This document shows positions 44,368-53,417 of a stretch of DNA of 64,000 nt, one piece after another. The notes below the pieces were generated by a model. That model was not told the origin of the DNA, made no database searches, and worked only from the letters and a program-made list of their open reading frames with translations. Each line of letters starts with the position of its first letter. Positions within the stretch are counted from its first letter, which is position 1. This stretch comes from a virus. A program made the position numbers and the translations under genes. The stretch lies in IMG/VR virus record IMGVR_UViG_3300005613_000004; one strand, 5' to 3'.

Positions 44368-44985
44368 ATGAAAACCACTATTGATTTGGTTCAGGAACTT
44401 CGTTCTCTTCCTGATGCCATTTACCAAAATTTCTGCAATCAGGCAAAGATGGTGGCATTGGAGTACCCTTCTGCACACGGAATTGACTGTTTTGCACGCG
44501 GTGAAACGATTGAATTCGGTTTCATTGATATTGTGGGGCAGTATATTGACCTGAAACCTAACAAGAAAGAAGATTTCAACGATCCTGATGGTCAGTACTA
44601 TCTAGAGCACCTGACTGACGTGAAAACGCAAGGAAATGGGTTTTTACCACGTAAGGACAAAAAAGCTTTGTTTTATTCTAAACAATGGGACATTAAGAAA
44701 ACCGCTAGTGGTGCATCACAGTTTGAATCTAAGGCACACTCTTATATCTTAATTGATCCGATTTGTGCTCGCATTGCAGTGGTAGATACTAGTGTTTTCT
44801 ATCGCAAACCATTTCGCAATAACTCTGCACGTATTTCATTCAGTGTAAAACCACAGGATGTTTATATGATCTATGATGGTATCAGCAGTGTGATTGATAC
44901 TTCGATTGTTCCTGATCCTAATGCAATCTATCGTGAGATTTGGAAGAAAGCAGGAGATAAACTAGAAGCACTGACCACCTGCTGA
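44368..44985 (+). CDS. Hypothetical protein, possible PD-(D/E)xK restriction-like endonuclease
   Basis: 'RGETIE..NDPDG..TDVKTQ' motif spacing. Confidence 0.5.
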   Translation: MKTTIDLVQELRSLPDAIYQNFCNQAKMVALEYPSAHGIDCFARGETIEFGFIDIVGQYIDLKPNKKEDFNDPDGQYYLEHLTDVKTQGNGFLPRKDKKALFYSKQWDIKKTASGASQFESKAHSYILIDPICARIAVVDTSVFYRKPFRNNSARISFSVKPQDVYMIYDGISSVIDTSIVPDPNAIYREIWKKAGDKLEALTTC

Positions 44986-45054
44986 ACTGGCACACTGCTT
45001 CCCCACACCACTCCAACTCTGCTATAATACTTAAGTAATCAAGGGAACAACCCC

Positions 45055-45198
45055 ATGAAATGCAAAGTCAAACTCTATGTTGCTGGCACGGTTTTCACTG
45101 AGACTGTTTATGCTCGTGACTATCAAGAAGCCCGTCAAGTTGCATTGGCACGTAATCCTAACGCACAAGTTGTAAGTGTGAATGCCAGTTTCTTCTAA
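45055..45198 (+). CDS. Small hypothetical protein (47 aa)
   Basis: MKCKVKLYVAGTVFTETVYARDYQEARQVALARNPNA..., behind an early promoter cassette. Confidence 0.7.
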   Translation: MKCKVKLYVAGTVFTETVYARDYQEARQVALARNPNAQVVSVNASFF

Positions 45199-45443
45199 TG
45201 TCTGTGTTTCTTAAACCACATATAGAAACTCCGGGAATCCTCAATCCAAAGATTGGGGATCCTTTGGGGTATGTATCCAATGATGGGACATGGGCTGCTA
45301 TTCCTTTCGTAAATGGTAAAGAATTTGCAATTATACATAACGGTGAGCATGTGCATCAAGCAAAAACTTATAAGCAGGCACTTGCATATATTAAAAAATC
45401 GTCCAAAGTAAAGAAAACATCATCTCTTGAAAAGTTTCTATGA
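45198..45443 (+). CDS. Hypothetical protein
   Basis: ORF track; stop/start overlap. Confidence 0.7.
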   Translation: MSVFLKPHIETPGILNPKIGDPLGYVSNDGTWAAIPFVNGKEFAIIHNGEHVHQAKTYKQALAYIKKSSKVKKTSSLEKFL

Positions 45444-45495
45444 AAGTGATTTCAAATCCAACTATCAAAAGTAAGGTTTTATTTAAAAATTTAAA

Positions 45496-46173
45496 ATGAC
45501 AAACTACATGTATCCCAACTTTACTATCATAGATAATTTTTTGGATGATCCAGATGCTGCCGTAGAATTGTCGAAAAATTTAAAGTGGACTTCCACTTCA
45601 GATGGTAGATGGCCTGGAGAAAGATCTGAAAAACTTCATGAAGTTAATAAAACATTTTTTAACTATGTTTGCAATAAAATCTATAACATTTTTTATGAAT
45701 CGCAACCAAATTATTGGAATACTTCTCTAAATTTTCAGAGAATAAAACCATTTCATACTGATCAGTATGACAAAAAGAATCGTGGATGGATTCACATGGA
45801 CAATGGTTGTCATTTTGGAGGAATTATATATCTCAATAAAAATCCAGAACCTGATACAGGAACTTCCATGTATCGTATGAAAGATGGTTATTCCATGCAA
45901 CATAGTATGAGTGTTAAACAAAATCTTTATATTGGTAATATGAGTTCTGAAAATGATGAACAATATTATAAGACATTCGATGAAGTAAATGGACAATACT
46001 TAGAAACTGTTAAAGTTGAAAATGTATATAATAGATTAGTTTTCATCGATTCCAGAACTTATCATGGAGTTCAAACGTTTGGAACAAAGGAAAGATTAAC
46101 ACTATGTTTTTTTGGGAATGACATTGGAGGTAAAATGCAACCTATGCTTAGACAATCAAATTGTGTTAAATAA
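45496..46173 (+). CDS. 2OG-Fe(II) oxygenase-like protein
   Basis: 'IIDNFLDDPD', 'WPGERS', 'IHMD', 'IIYLN', 'YHG', 'RLTLCFF'. Confidence 0.75.
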   Translation: MTNYMYPNFTIIDNFLDDPDAAVELSKNLKWTSTSDGRWPGERSEKLHEVNKTFFNYVCNKIYNIFYESQPNYWNTSLNFQRIKPFHTDQYDKKNRGWIHMDNGCHFGGIIYLNKNPEPDTGTSMYRMKDGYSMQHSMSVKQNLYIGNMSSENDEQYYKTFDEVNGQYLETVKVENVYNRLVFIDSRTYHGVQTFGTKERLTLCFFGNDIGGKMQPMLRQSNCVK

Positions 46174-46204
46174 TGCAAGAAAATAATTTAAAAAAGTCCT
46201 TAAT

Positions 46205-46447
46205 ATGACTTATCAGGCAGTAATTTATTCTGATGGCAATCAAGAATGTCAAAGAATGATTCATCTTCTTCGCAATTTTGGTTGGGAATTGCATGAATAT
46301 TTTTTAGGTATTGATTTTAGTGATAGACAGTTTCGTATGGAGTTTGGATCAGAAGCAACATATCCACAAATTGCCATTAATAATAAGCATATTGGTGATA
46401 TGAAAGAAACTTTAAACTATATGAAAGAAATTGGGATGTTTCAATGA
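46205..46447 (+). CDS. Glutaredoxin-fold protein with degenerate active site (QEC instead of CxxC)
   Basis: 'ATYPQIAINNKHIGD'. Confidence 0.65.
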   Translation: MTYQAVIYSDGNQECQRMIHLLRNFGWELHEYFLGIDFSDRQFRMEFGSEATYPQIAINNKHIGDMKETLNYMKEIGMFQ

Positions 46448-46866
46448 AAAAGAATGATACCGTGGAGTACATTGGATGCTCTCAAGAACAAATTAATTGG
46501 GGCAATAATAATGATCCACGGTCAGTTCTTGTCATTGGCAAAGAATATATTGTCGAAAAAGTTATTGTTCATTCTCAACATACAAAAATAAAGTTATATA
46601 ATAAAGTGGGGATGTTTAACTCAGTTTGCTTCAGAGTTAAAAATTCGCAGTTAAATAACTCTTTACAGTATATTACAAAAATGGATCCATCTAGTATAAC
46701 ATTATCAACACCATCAAAGTCATTTGCTTATGAACAGCAGGCTAGAGAAATTGAAAAATGTTCTGATTTAGAAGAACTTCGTAATATTTGCAAATGCTAT
46801 GTTAAACTTTATTATAAGCAACAAGAAACATTAAAAGGACTGGGAATTCCAAATGAAACTAATTGA
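46444..46866 (+). CDS. Hypothetical protein; the C-terminal 61 aa (from ATG 46681) is possibly NblA-like
   Basis: Two-part sequence with an internal ATG preceded by TAAATA. Confidence 0.55.
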   Translation: MKKNDTVEYIGCSQEQINWGNNNDPRSVLVIGKEYIVEKVIVHSQHTKIKLYNKVGMFNSVCFRVKNSQLNNSLQYITKMDPSSITLSTPSKSFAYEQQAREIEKCSDLEELRNICKCYVKLYYKQQETLKGLGIPNETN

Positions 46867-47062
46867 AAAGTCAGATCCTCAATATTTTGAGGTTACATCT
46901 GATGAACCATATGATAGACACAAGTACAAGTTGACTTTACCTCATGGTCGTACTATAATCTTAGAAAGTTATGAACAAGTTCAATCCATGTGGTTTCAAA
47001 GTATACACAATTGGAAGGGTGCAACAATTGAAGTAATTGATCGTAAAAAAGGATTTCAGTAA
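46853..47062 (+). CDS. Hypothetical protein
   Basis: ORF track; operon overlap. Confidence 0.65.
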   Translation: MKLIEKSDPQYFEVTSDEPYDRHKYKLTLPHGRTIILESYEQVQSMWFQSIHNWKGATIEVIDRKKGFQ

Positions 47063-47072
47063 ATTTGAAATT

Positions 47073-47216
47073 ATGACTAATAAAAAATATACAACTAAAT
47101 CTGGTGACACTTGGGAGTGGGAAGAAACCGAAGAAATTCGTAAGGCAGTAGAACAACTGCACAATACTATTCGTGAACTTGAGACAAAAGCACCTGATTA
47201 TGGAGTTGGTAAATGA
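47073..47216 (+). CDS. Small hypothetical protein
   Basis: Hand-read 47-aa ORF with ATGA overlap to the next gene. Confidence 0.55.
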   Translation: MTNKKYTTKSGDTWEWEETEEIRKAVEQLHNTIRELETKAPDYGVGK

Positions 47217-47425
47217 AACTATTGACACTTGAAGATTATCAAAAAGCAGGAGAAACATTTTGGCCAAAGTATTGGTATGTTGCTAAAGAACTTGGTGAAG
47301 ATGCTAAAACTGAAGATATTTTGAAAGTTATGGAAGCAGTTGGTGGTGTTGCACTAAAACTGGCACTTGAAGAAAAAGATGGTCCTTTTGGGTTTAATAA
47401 AAAGGAAAAGGATACTAATGACTGA
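47213..47425 (+). CDS. Hypothetical protein
   Basis: ORF track. Confidence 0.7.
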   Translation: MKLLTLEDYQKAGETFWPKYWYVAKELGEDAKTEDILKVMEAVGGVALKLALEEKDGPFGFNKKEKDTND

Positions 47426-47654
47426 ACATCCAGAAATTACTGAATATGAATGGATTGATAATTGTTTCCGTGTATGGGAGACGAGATTTGGTCTTTGGTC
47501 TAGTGAAACAAAAGAAGGTCGTAAAATGCTCACAGGATTGACAAAAGAATCAGTTGTTAAAATGACACGATGGCATCTTAAATGTGAGCAAGAAGGATGG
47601 CCAGAAGGTAGTGTACGTGTCGTAGGATCTGCTAGTGTAGGAGGTAAATTGTAA
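47418..47654 (+). CDS. Hypothetical protein
   Basis: MTEHPEITEYEWID...; AAGGA RBS. Confidence 0.65.
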   Translation: MTEHPEITEYEWIDNCFRVWETRFGLWSSETKEGRKMLTGLTKESVVKMTRWHLKCEQEGWPEGSVRVVGSASVGGKL

Positions 47655-47833
47655 TGTACGAAGAATTAAATTGTTTTGAAGAAGCACTCAAGCATTTTGG
47701 AACAAGAGTTGAAATTATTACTGCTATGGAAATAGCACGTAAATTAACTGCTGAAGATGCCTATCAAATGATCAAGAATGAACTGAAAGAAGTTAAAAAG
47801 TGTCGCAAACAATTTCAGAATGATGACTGCTGA
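47654..47833 (+). CDS. Small hypothetical protein (59 aa)
   Basis: MYEELNCFEEALKHFGTRVEII..., hand-read. Confidence 0.6.
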   Translation: MYEELNCFEEALKHFGTRVEIITAMEIARKLTAEDAYQMIKNELKEVKKCRKQFQNDDC

Positions 47834-47984
47834 TTCACTTAAAATACATCAGAATGATGATGGATCTTATAGCATGGAATGGGACAAAGAAGATCCTAAC
47901 TGGAAGTGGCTCAATGGGTTGACAAGCAAGGAAATTCAATCTATCATAGAGGAAGCAATCAAAGATTATTCAAATGACATCTGA
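47823..47984 (+). CDS. Small hypothetical protein
   Basis: MTADSLKIHQNDDGSYSMEWDKEDP..., hand-read. Confidence 0.55.
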   Translation: MTADSLKIHQNDDGSYSMEWDKEDPNWKWLNGLTSKEIQSIIEEAIKDYSNDI

Positions 47985-48405
47985 CTCTGATTATAAAAAA
48001 TATTCTTTAGAAAAATTTGATGAATGGTTTCTAGATGCTCTTAATTGTGATGAAATTTCTCCGAAGGACATCTATGATACGATTACAAAATCTTTGCATA
48101 GTAGTATTGAGTATCATAAAAAGCAATTAGATAAAACCAACGAACTTCTTTCACTTTTGAGTAAAACTTCATCCCCTATTTCTAATGAAGAGAATATCAC
48201 TATTGCGACAAAGAAGGACATTGATGATTTTTGGAATTGTCAAAAAGATTTTAAAGATGAAATAGAATTAACTGGTGAAATAGAATTAATTGAAGAAATA
48301 GAATTGGCTAAAGAAATCGAATTCATTAAACAATCAGGTGGATTTGAATGGACTCCAGAATCGAAACACTCTAATTATTATTACGAAACTGATAGGAACA
48401 AATAA
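47974..48405 (+). CDS. Hypothetical protein
   Basis: ORF track. Confidence 0.65.
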   Translation: MTSDSDYKKYSLEKFDEWFLDALNCDEISPKDIYDTITKSLHSSIEYHKKQLDKTNELLSLLSKTSSPISNEENITIATKKDIDDFWNCQKDFKDEIELTGEIELIEEIELAKEIEFIKQSGGFEWTPESKHSNYYYETDRNK

Positions 48406-48630
48406 ATGGCACTTACAAAACAAGTAGAAGAATCACTCAATGAAGCACAGGGTAATCTAAGAAATGCCCTACATTGGGCAGCAAAGAATGAAAGACCAAT
48501 GGTATGTTCAGTCATTGCAGATATGATTCAAAGAATTGATACTGTTATTCATACAGATTCTATTTTGGATAAACTAGAAAATCGTGAACCGGGAGATTCT
48601 GGACTATTTGGTCCTTCTTTTGAAGAATGA
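48406..48630 (+). CDS. Hypothetical protein
   Basis: ORF track. Confidence 0.7.
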   Translation: MALTKQVEESLNEAQGNLRNALHWAAKNERPMVCSVIADMIQRIDTVIHTDSILDKLENREPGDSGLFGPSFEE

Positions 48631-48864
48631 TAAATTAATCTAGAAGAAAATACTGCAAAAAATCTATGACTCTTCCATTCGATGGTAAAAAATTGACCGA
48701 AAATGAAGAAAAAAGCATAAAAAATGCAATAAAAGAATCGGATATCCGTGCTATTCACCCTGAAAGAATGGAAGCTTTTGCTCAACATTTAGTTGAAAAA
48801 CTAAAGTCAACTTTTCATAATGCAAAAAATCAATAATAAATAAGTATCATAACAATACAGAACC

Positions 48865-49080
48865 ATGGAAAAATCCATCGAAGATCATATTGAAAAGGAC
48901 AAACAAATTTTAGAAAATCCTACTATTTCACCACAACAACGTCGTCATATTGAATCTGAACTTCATGATTTGGAAGAATATCATGAACACAATCCCAATG
49001 ATCATCATGACCCAACACCATTAGAAATGTATTGTGATGCCAATCCTGATGCAGATGAATGTAAAATTTATGAGGACTGA
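48865..49080 (+). CDS. cp12: CP12 Calvin-cycle inhibitor
   Basis: C-terminal 'LEMYCDANPDADECKIYED' matches the CP12 CxxxPxxxEC motif; the phage-type N-terminus lacks the first Cys pair. Confidence 0.9.
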   Translation: MEKSIEDHIEKDKQILENPTISPQQRRHIESELHDLEEYHEHNPNDHHDPTPLEMYCDANPDADECKIYED

Positions 49081-49162
49081 ACCACTTTAAGAACTGTCCA
49101 CTCTGCCCCCTGACTCTGCCCCACTCTGCCCTATAATAACAAGGTAATCAAGCAAAGGCACC

Positions 49163-49567
49163 ATGGGCACCCGTTCCCGCATTGGCATTGAACTCAAGGA
49201 TCAGAGCATTCTGAGTGTATATTGTCACTATGATGGTTATCCTTCCTTCAACGGTCGCATCCTGCGTGATAACTTTGATACCATTGAGAAAGTAAAGGAA
49301 TTGATTGATGGTGGTGATATGTCCTGCACTTGGACTAATGCAGGTTGGAACAATGAAACTCTGCCCGAAACTGGCCCACTATACTACTCTTCCCGTGGTG
49401 AAGATTGCCCTCCTCGTCTTGATAAAGATATGGAAGAGTTTTTCTCTATGGGTGAAGAATACTCTTACATCTTCCGCAATGGTAACTGGTTTGCCTATGA
49501 TATGCACCAGTTTGGAAATAATGTAGCACCTGAACCTGTGGAGATCCCTGTTGGTCCAGTTGCATAA
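49163..49567 (+). CDS. Early hypothetical protein
   Basis: 'MGTRSRIG..YCHYDGYP..EEYSYIF'. Confidence 0.8.
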   Translation: MGTRSRIGIELKDQSILSVYCHYDGYPSFNGRILRDNFDTIEKVKELIDGGDMSCTWTNAGWNNETLPETGPLYYSSRGEDCPPRLDKDMEEFFSMGEEYSYIFRNGNWFAYDMHQFGNNVAPEPVEIPVGPVA

Positions 49568-49635
49568 GTGTCACAGAGCATCCTGAAACCCCATCAGGAT
49601 GCCCTATAATACATTCATACACAAGGGAACCACCC

Positions 49636-49833
49636 ATGACCATTGACACTGAAACTAAAAAAGTTCTTGATGATCTTTTGATTCGTATTGCTCAAGAAAA
49701 CTTTCCAAGTGTCGAAACATTAGAAGTCAGAAACTCTGATAGTCTGGATTTTCATGAAGTTCATGTGGAGTCAATCAGAGACGCACTTAAGGATGCTTTC
49801 ATTGCTGGTTTGTCGAGTGGCATTCAGTTGTGA
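49636..49833 (+). CDS. Early hypothetical protein
   Basis: 'LEVRNSDSLDFHEVHV..LKDAFIAG'. Confidence 0.75.
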   Translation: MTIDTETKKVLDDLLIRIAQENFPSVETLEVRNSDSLDFHEVHVESIRDALKDAFIAGLSSGIQL

Positions 49834-49910
49834 CGATTGAGGAACTTGCACAGCAGGGCATCTGCTGATCGCATTTCTACCCTATACTAACTTCAGTTCA
49901 AACAAAGGAC

Positions 49911-50372
49911 ATGACTGCTACTGCAACCCGTCAGGATTTCTCTGATTTCTGTGCTCAACGTGATGCACAGAATACCATCCAACTGAATGTCACAAAGTGG
50001 TGCTATATGCTGTGTGATGCACTGCTGAAAAACTACATTGATTACAGCATCAAGTCTCATGAACGTCATTTATTTCGTGATTTTGATCAGACTTCTGTTG
50101 ATTATCATGAAGCATGTATTGAAGACCTAAAGAATGGTCAGTGTGGTTATGAGTTTACTGTAGAGTCTGGACGTAAGTATCACAAAATCATGATGAGTGC
50201 CAATGGTTCTCTCTCCGTTCATGCTTTTGTTGATAAGAAGACTGGTGAAGTGTATAAACCTGCCAGTATCAAGTCTCCTGCGAAAGGTGTACGTTTTGAT
50301 CTACGATTGATTGAACAACGTGAGTGGTTGTTGGAGAATGCAACCTGGCACGGGTCCTATCTTTACAAATGA
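49911..50372 (+). CDS. Early hypothetical protein
   Basis: 'GRKYHKI..SVHAFVDKKTGEVYKPAS'. Confidence 0.8.
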   Translation: MTATATRQDFSDFCAQRDAQNTIQLNVTKWCYMLCDALLKNYIDYSIKSHERHLFRDFDQTSVDYHEACIEDLKNGQCGYEFTVESGRKYHKIMMSANGSLSVHAFVDKKTGEVYKPASIKSPAKGVRFDLRLIEQREWLLENATWHGSYLYK

Positions 50373-50572
50373 ACTACAATAGAGAACAACTGATTGATGC
50401 ACTTGTGGCAGAGTGGGAGCATCTCTGCCATGATGATTGTGATCTTGAGAAGGATTATACTCCAGAAGAGTATCGTCTCAAACTTGAGTGCTATAGTGAT
50501 GAAGATTTGATTGAAGAGACTTTTACTGGTGATGGTTATACACTTGATGAATACATGGAGGATTATGGATGA
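50369..50572 (+). CDS. Early hypothetical protein
   Basis: ATG at 50369. Confidence 0.65.
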   Translation: MNYNREQLIDALVAEWEHLCHDDCDLEKDYTPEEYRLKLECYSDEDLIEETFTGDGYTLDEYMEDYG

Positions 50573-50630
50573 CTGCTAAGGAGAAACTTATCTTTATCGG
50601 TTCTTTTATTTGGTTAATGCATTGGGGAAC

Positions 50631-51107
50631 ATGTCTTTCATCTCTCATTCTGGATACGGTTATTCTAAAAGGCTCTGTGAGGATGTTACCTCCTGGTTTC
50701 TGAACAAGTATTATCCACGTCATAAGATTGATGTGGATATTGTTCATCGTGGATTGAAACGTGAGAGTGTGCTGGGTTATTGTGATATTATTGGTCTTTC
50801 TTATCGACCAAGACACTTCCTGATTGAACTTCAGACCAATATGTGTAAGGAGATTTATATAAAAATCCTTTTGCACGAACTGACCCATCTGGCACAGTGG
50901 GTGGATGGTTCTCTGCGGTTTCGGCATGGAAAAATGTGTTATTGTCAAGAACCGGTCGAAAATTATGATTATGAGTATCAACCTCATGAAATTGAGGCAC
51001 GGGATAGTGAAACAATCCTATATGATCTGTATATGAGTGATAAAGAGGGTGTGCCAGTCAAACAGGTGGCACAGTGGTCGTTTCAGAACCGTCTGACTGC
51101 CCTATAA
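50631..51107 (+). CDS. Zincin-like metallopeptidase (HExxH)
   Basis: 'ILLHELTHLAQW..QPHEIEA'. Confidence 0.75.
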   Translation: MSFISHSGYGYSKRLCEDVTSWFLNKYYPRHKIDVDIVHRGLKRESVLGYCDIIGLSYRPRHFLIELQTNMCKEIYIKILLHELTHLAQWVDGSLRFRHGKMCYCQEPVENYDYEYQPHEIEARDSETILYDLYMSDKEGVPVKQVAQWSFQNRLTAL

Positions 51108-51133
51108 TAAGTTCATACCAAACGAGGTACACC

Positions 51134-51421
51134 ATGATCACAGTGAATCTGACTGAGCAACAACTCTCACTCCTCGAAGAACTTGTAGGTGAAAAGTTCA
51201 ATGAAGTTGCACAGGCATGGTTGCCTGCTAGTGAAACAAAAGACATGAACAAACTTTGTTATGATACTTTGCTGAATCTTCGTTGTGTTCGTATGTCTAA
51301 AGAGTTTGATGAAACTTATGCTAACTGGGACAAAAATTTCTATTCTTTTGATAAGAAAGAATTCTTGCGTGAGGTTGGTCTTGTGACGGATGAGGAACTG
51401 GACCAGCAGGGCATCTGCTGA
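51134..51421 (+). CDS. Early hypothetical protein
   Basis: GAGG RBS, behind a cassette promoter. Confidence 0.65.
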   Translation: MITVNLTEQQLSLLEELVGEKFNEVAQAWLPASETKDMNKLCYDTLLNLRCVRMSKEFDETYANWDKNFYSFDKKEFLREVGLVTDEELDQQGIC

Positions 51422-51467
51422 GTCCATCCTACTCTATAATAAAGACATCAACGCAAGACAAGCACTG

Positions 51468-51656
51468 ATGCAAACAACGACTGCAACTTATCAAATTGAA
51501 GTCACAACAGATGAAGGATATTTGTCCTTCATCAAAGTGATGCCAACCAAACCAAAAACACACAAAGGAGTTAAATCACAGAACACAAAGTTATCAAAAT
51601 GGGTAGAAAAACAATACCCCAACTTTACATCCTACGAAATTTCTCCTCTCGACTGA
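51468..51656 (+). CDS. Early hypothetical protein
   Basis: Behind a cassette promoter. Confidence 0.6.
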   Translation: MQTTTATYQIEVTTDEGYLSFIKVMPTKPKTHKGVKSQNTKLSKWVEKQYPNFTSYEISPLD

Positions 51657-51805
51657 TGATTTTAGATCCAACTAATTCTCAACACATTGATTTTAACGAT
51701 TGGTTAGCACAATGCCCTGTGCAATGGTTTAAGTTAGATTCAGATGATGACCAACAAAGTTATCAATTTATCATCGACACATCAGAAGATGATGATGAGG
51801 ATTGA
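51656..51805 (+). CDS. Small acidic hypothetical protein
   Basis: Stop/start overlap. Confidence 0.55.
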   Translation: MILDPTNSQHIDFNDWLAQCPVQWFKLDSDDDQQSYQFIIDTSEDDDED

Positions 51806-51848
51806 TTACAATCATTCACATTAACTTTCAACAACTCACTCTCTACTG

Positions 51849-52049
51849 ATGAACATTTTTCCTCTTGATGATCAACTGGTGATGTTAATTGACCGATTGA
51901 ATAATGCGGTTAATGTTTGTTATGAAGCACCTGAAAATGAGGATCAGGGTTATCCTTATGCAACAGGATATTCACGGTCTGCGATGACTGATGTGGCAAA
52001 CGATTTGAGCAAAATTGTTAAACAAATGCGAGAGGAGGTGGACGGTTGA
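51849..52049 (+). CDS. Hypothetical protein
   Basis: ORF track. Confidence 0.65.
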   Translation: MNIFPLDDQLVMLIDRLNNAVNVCYEAPENEDQGYPYATGYSRSAMTDVANDLSKIVKQMREEVDG

Positions 52050-52121
52050 TCGAACTGTCCACTATCGGTTGAAACCGACCCGTTTTCCTGTATTATATAA
52101 GAGTCAAAGGGATTTCACTTC

Positions 52122-52388
52122 ATGCAACTGACTAATTCTGCTACTATTGTTGACTTCTTCCCTGAGGCATTTATTGCCGAGGCATGTGAGGAGAAAGGTA
52201 TGAAAGTTGTGATCAAACGTTTCATCAAACGTGTTACTTTCCGTGCCACTGGTCAAAAATCTTATAGTGTGATTGGTATGATTGATGCCAAGCACGAATG
52301 GGCATCACGAATTGCAAAAGGTGCTGAGGTTACTGGTTACAATACTGAAAAGATGCCTTCTTCTGAATACATGCCCCTTTATTGCTGA
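52122..52388 (+). CDS. Early hypothetical protein
   Basis: Behind a cassette promoter. Confidence 0.7.
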   Translation: MQLTNSATIVDFFPEAFIAEACEEKGMKVVIKRFIKRVTFRATGQKSYSVIGMIDAKHEWASRIAKGAEVTGYNTEKMPSSEYMPLYC

Positions 52389-52404
52389 TTTTGTTTTTTC
52401 AATT

Positions 52405-52560
52405 ATGGAAACCGTAACACCAATCACCAATTCAAATCTTTGGTATCTTTGGTATGAAATCATCAAACAAGATGCTCCTGAAATTATGGATGAATTTATT
52501 GAAAATACTGCATCAAAAATGGAACTCACTGTTGATTATTTCACTCAGGAGTTTCTATGA
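52405..52560 (+). CDS. Small hypothetical protein
   Basis: ATG at 52405. Confidence 0.55.
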   Translation: METVTPITNSNLWYLWYEIIKQDAPEIMDEFIENTASKMELTVDYFTQEFL

Positions 52561-52706
52561 AAGAGAGGGAGAGACTTATTATTGCTATTCAACAATTGTC
52601 GAATCTGATTTCTCTTTTAAAAGGGAATGAAGAGGAGCAATATATAAACATCAAACTCACCAGTGTGTATTATGAACTCCAACGACAAATTTCTTTATAT
52701 CATTGA
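52557..52706 (+). CDS. Small hypothetical protein
   Basis: Hand-read 49-aa ORF. Confidence 0.5.
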   Translation: MKERERLIIAIQQLSNLISLLKGNEEEQYINIKLTSVYYELQRQISLYH

Positions 52707-52914
52707 TTATTGGGTGCCATTTCCATCATCTGAATATGGTGGATTGATTAACCTAATTGCAGAAAATGATCAACAAGCCTTTGATCTTCTTATATCTGAA
52801 AAATCATTTGATGATCGTCATGGGCACTTGATTATGGAAAGAGTCATCAATGCTCAAAAGTTTCGGTTGGCGGATGATTATGAATGTGATATAATTGATG
52901 CATTTCTTACATAG
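52672..52914 (+). CDS. Hypothetical protein
   Basis: 'YIIDYWVPFPSSEYGG'. Confidence 0.7.
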   Translation: MNSNDKFLYIIDYWVPFPSSEYGGLINLIAENDQQAFDLLISEKSFDDRHGHLIMERVINAQKFRLADDYECDIIDAFLT

Positions 52915-52943
52915 TTGACAGATGATTATGTGAGTAGTATAAT
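52915..52943 (+). promoter_or_regulatory. Sigma70 consensus promoter
   Basis: TTGACA, 17 bp, TATAAT. Confidence 0.85.
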
Positions 52944-52968
52944 TAACTTGTTTTGCATTAAAAGACTA

Positions 52969-53127
52969 ATGAATGAACGTTATCAAATTGAAGAAGAGGG
53001 AACAAGTGGATGGTTTATTGTTGATGATAAATTTAATCTGACAAAAGAACAGGCTAAGGAAAGTTATAATTTGTTAGTTTTAGAAGGATATAATCCAAAT
53101 CGTCTCAAAATTGTTCGTACAAAATGA
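52969..53127 (+). CDS. Small hypothetical protein
   Basis: ATG at 52969, behind the promoter. Confidence 0.6.
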   Translation: MNERYQIEEEGTSGWFIVDDKFNLTKEQAKESYNLLVLEGYNPNRLKIVRTK

Positions 53128-53417
53128 TTGAACTTCCTCCTGATTTCATACATTCTGCACCTGAAGGATATAGTTATGAAGTTATCAAATTCAAACGTAA
53201 TGTTTCTGGTATCTGGATTGTTAATCACAGGAAGTTTTCTTATACAGATACACCTCCAAAAAGTATATGGGGATTCTGGTGTAGTAAAAAGAAAAAATAC
53301 TATTCACCTATTAACTCCAAAACAATTGGTAAAGAAGTCATTATAACTGATACTACTGCATTTACTGCAATGCAACTTAATCTTAATCCATTAGAACGAT
53401 GTATGTACCAAAATTAA
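53124..53417 (+). CDS. Hypothetical protein
   Basis: ORF track. Confidence 0.7.
   Translation: MIELPPDFIHSAPEGYSYEVIKFKRNVSGIWIVNHRKFSYTDTPPKSIWGFWCSKKKKYYSPINSKTIGKEVIITDTTAFTAMQLNLNPLERCMYQN

Noticed and set aside
43462-44478. 338-aa minus-strand ORF
   Set aside because: Antisense shadow of the helicase, with no motifs or RBS.
48660-48840. Possible pseudogene or short ORF (..LPFDGKKLTENEEKSI..) after an in-frame TGA
   Set aside because: It may simply start at TTG; this cannot be decided without homologues.
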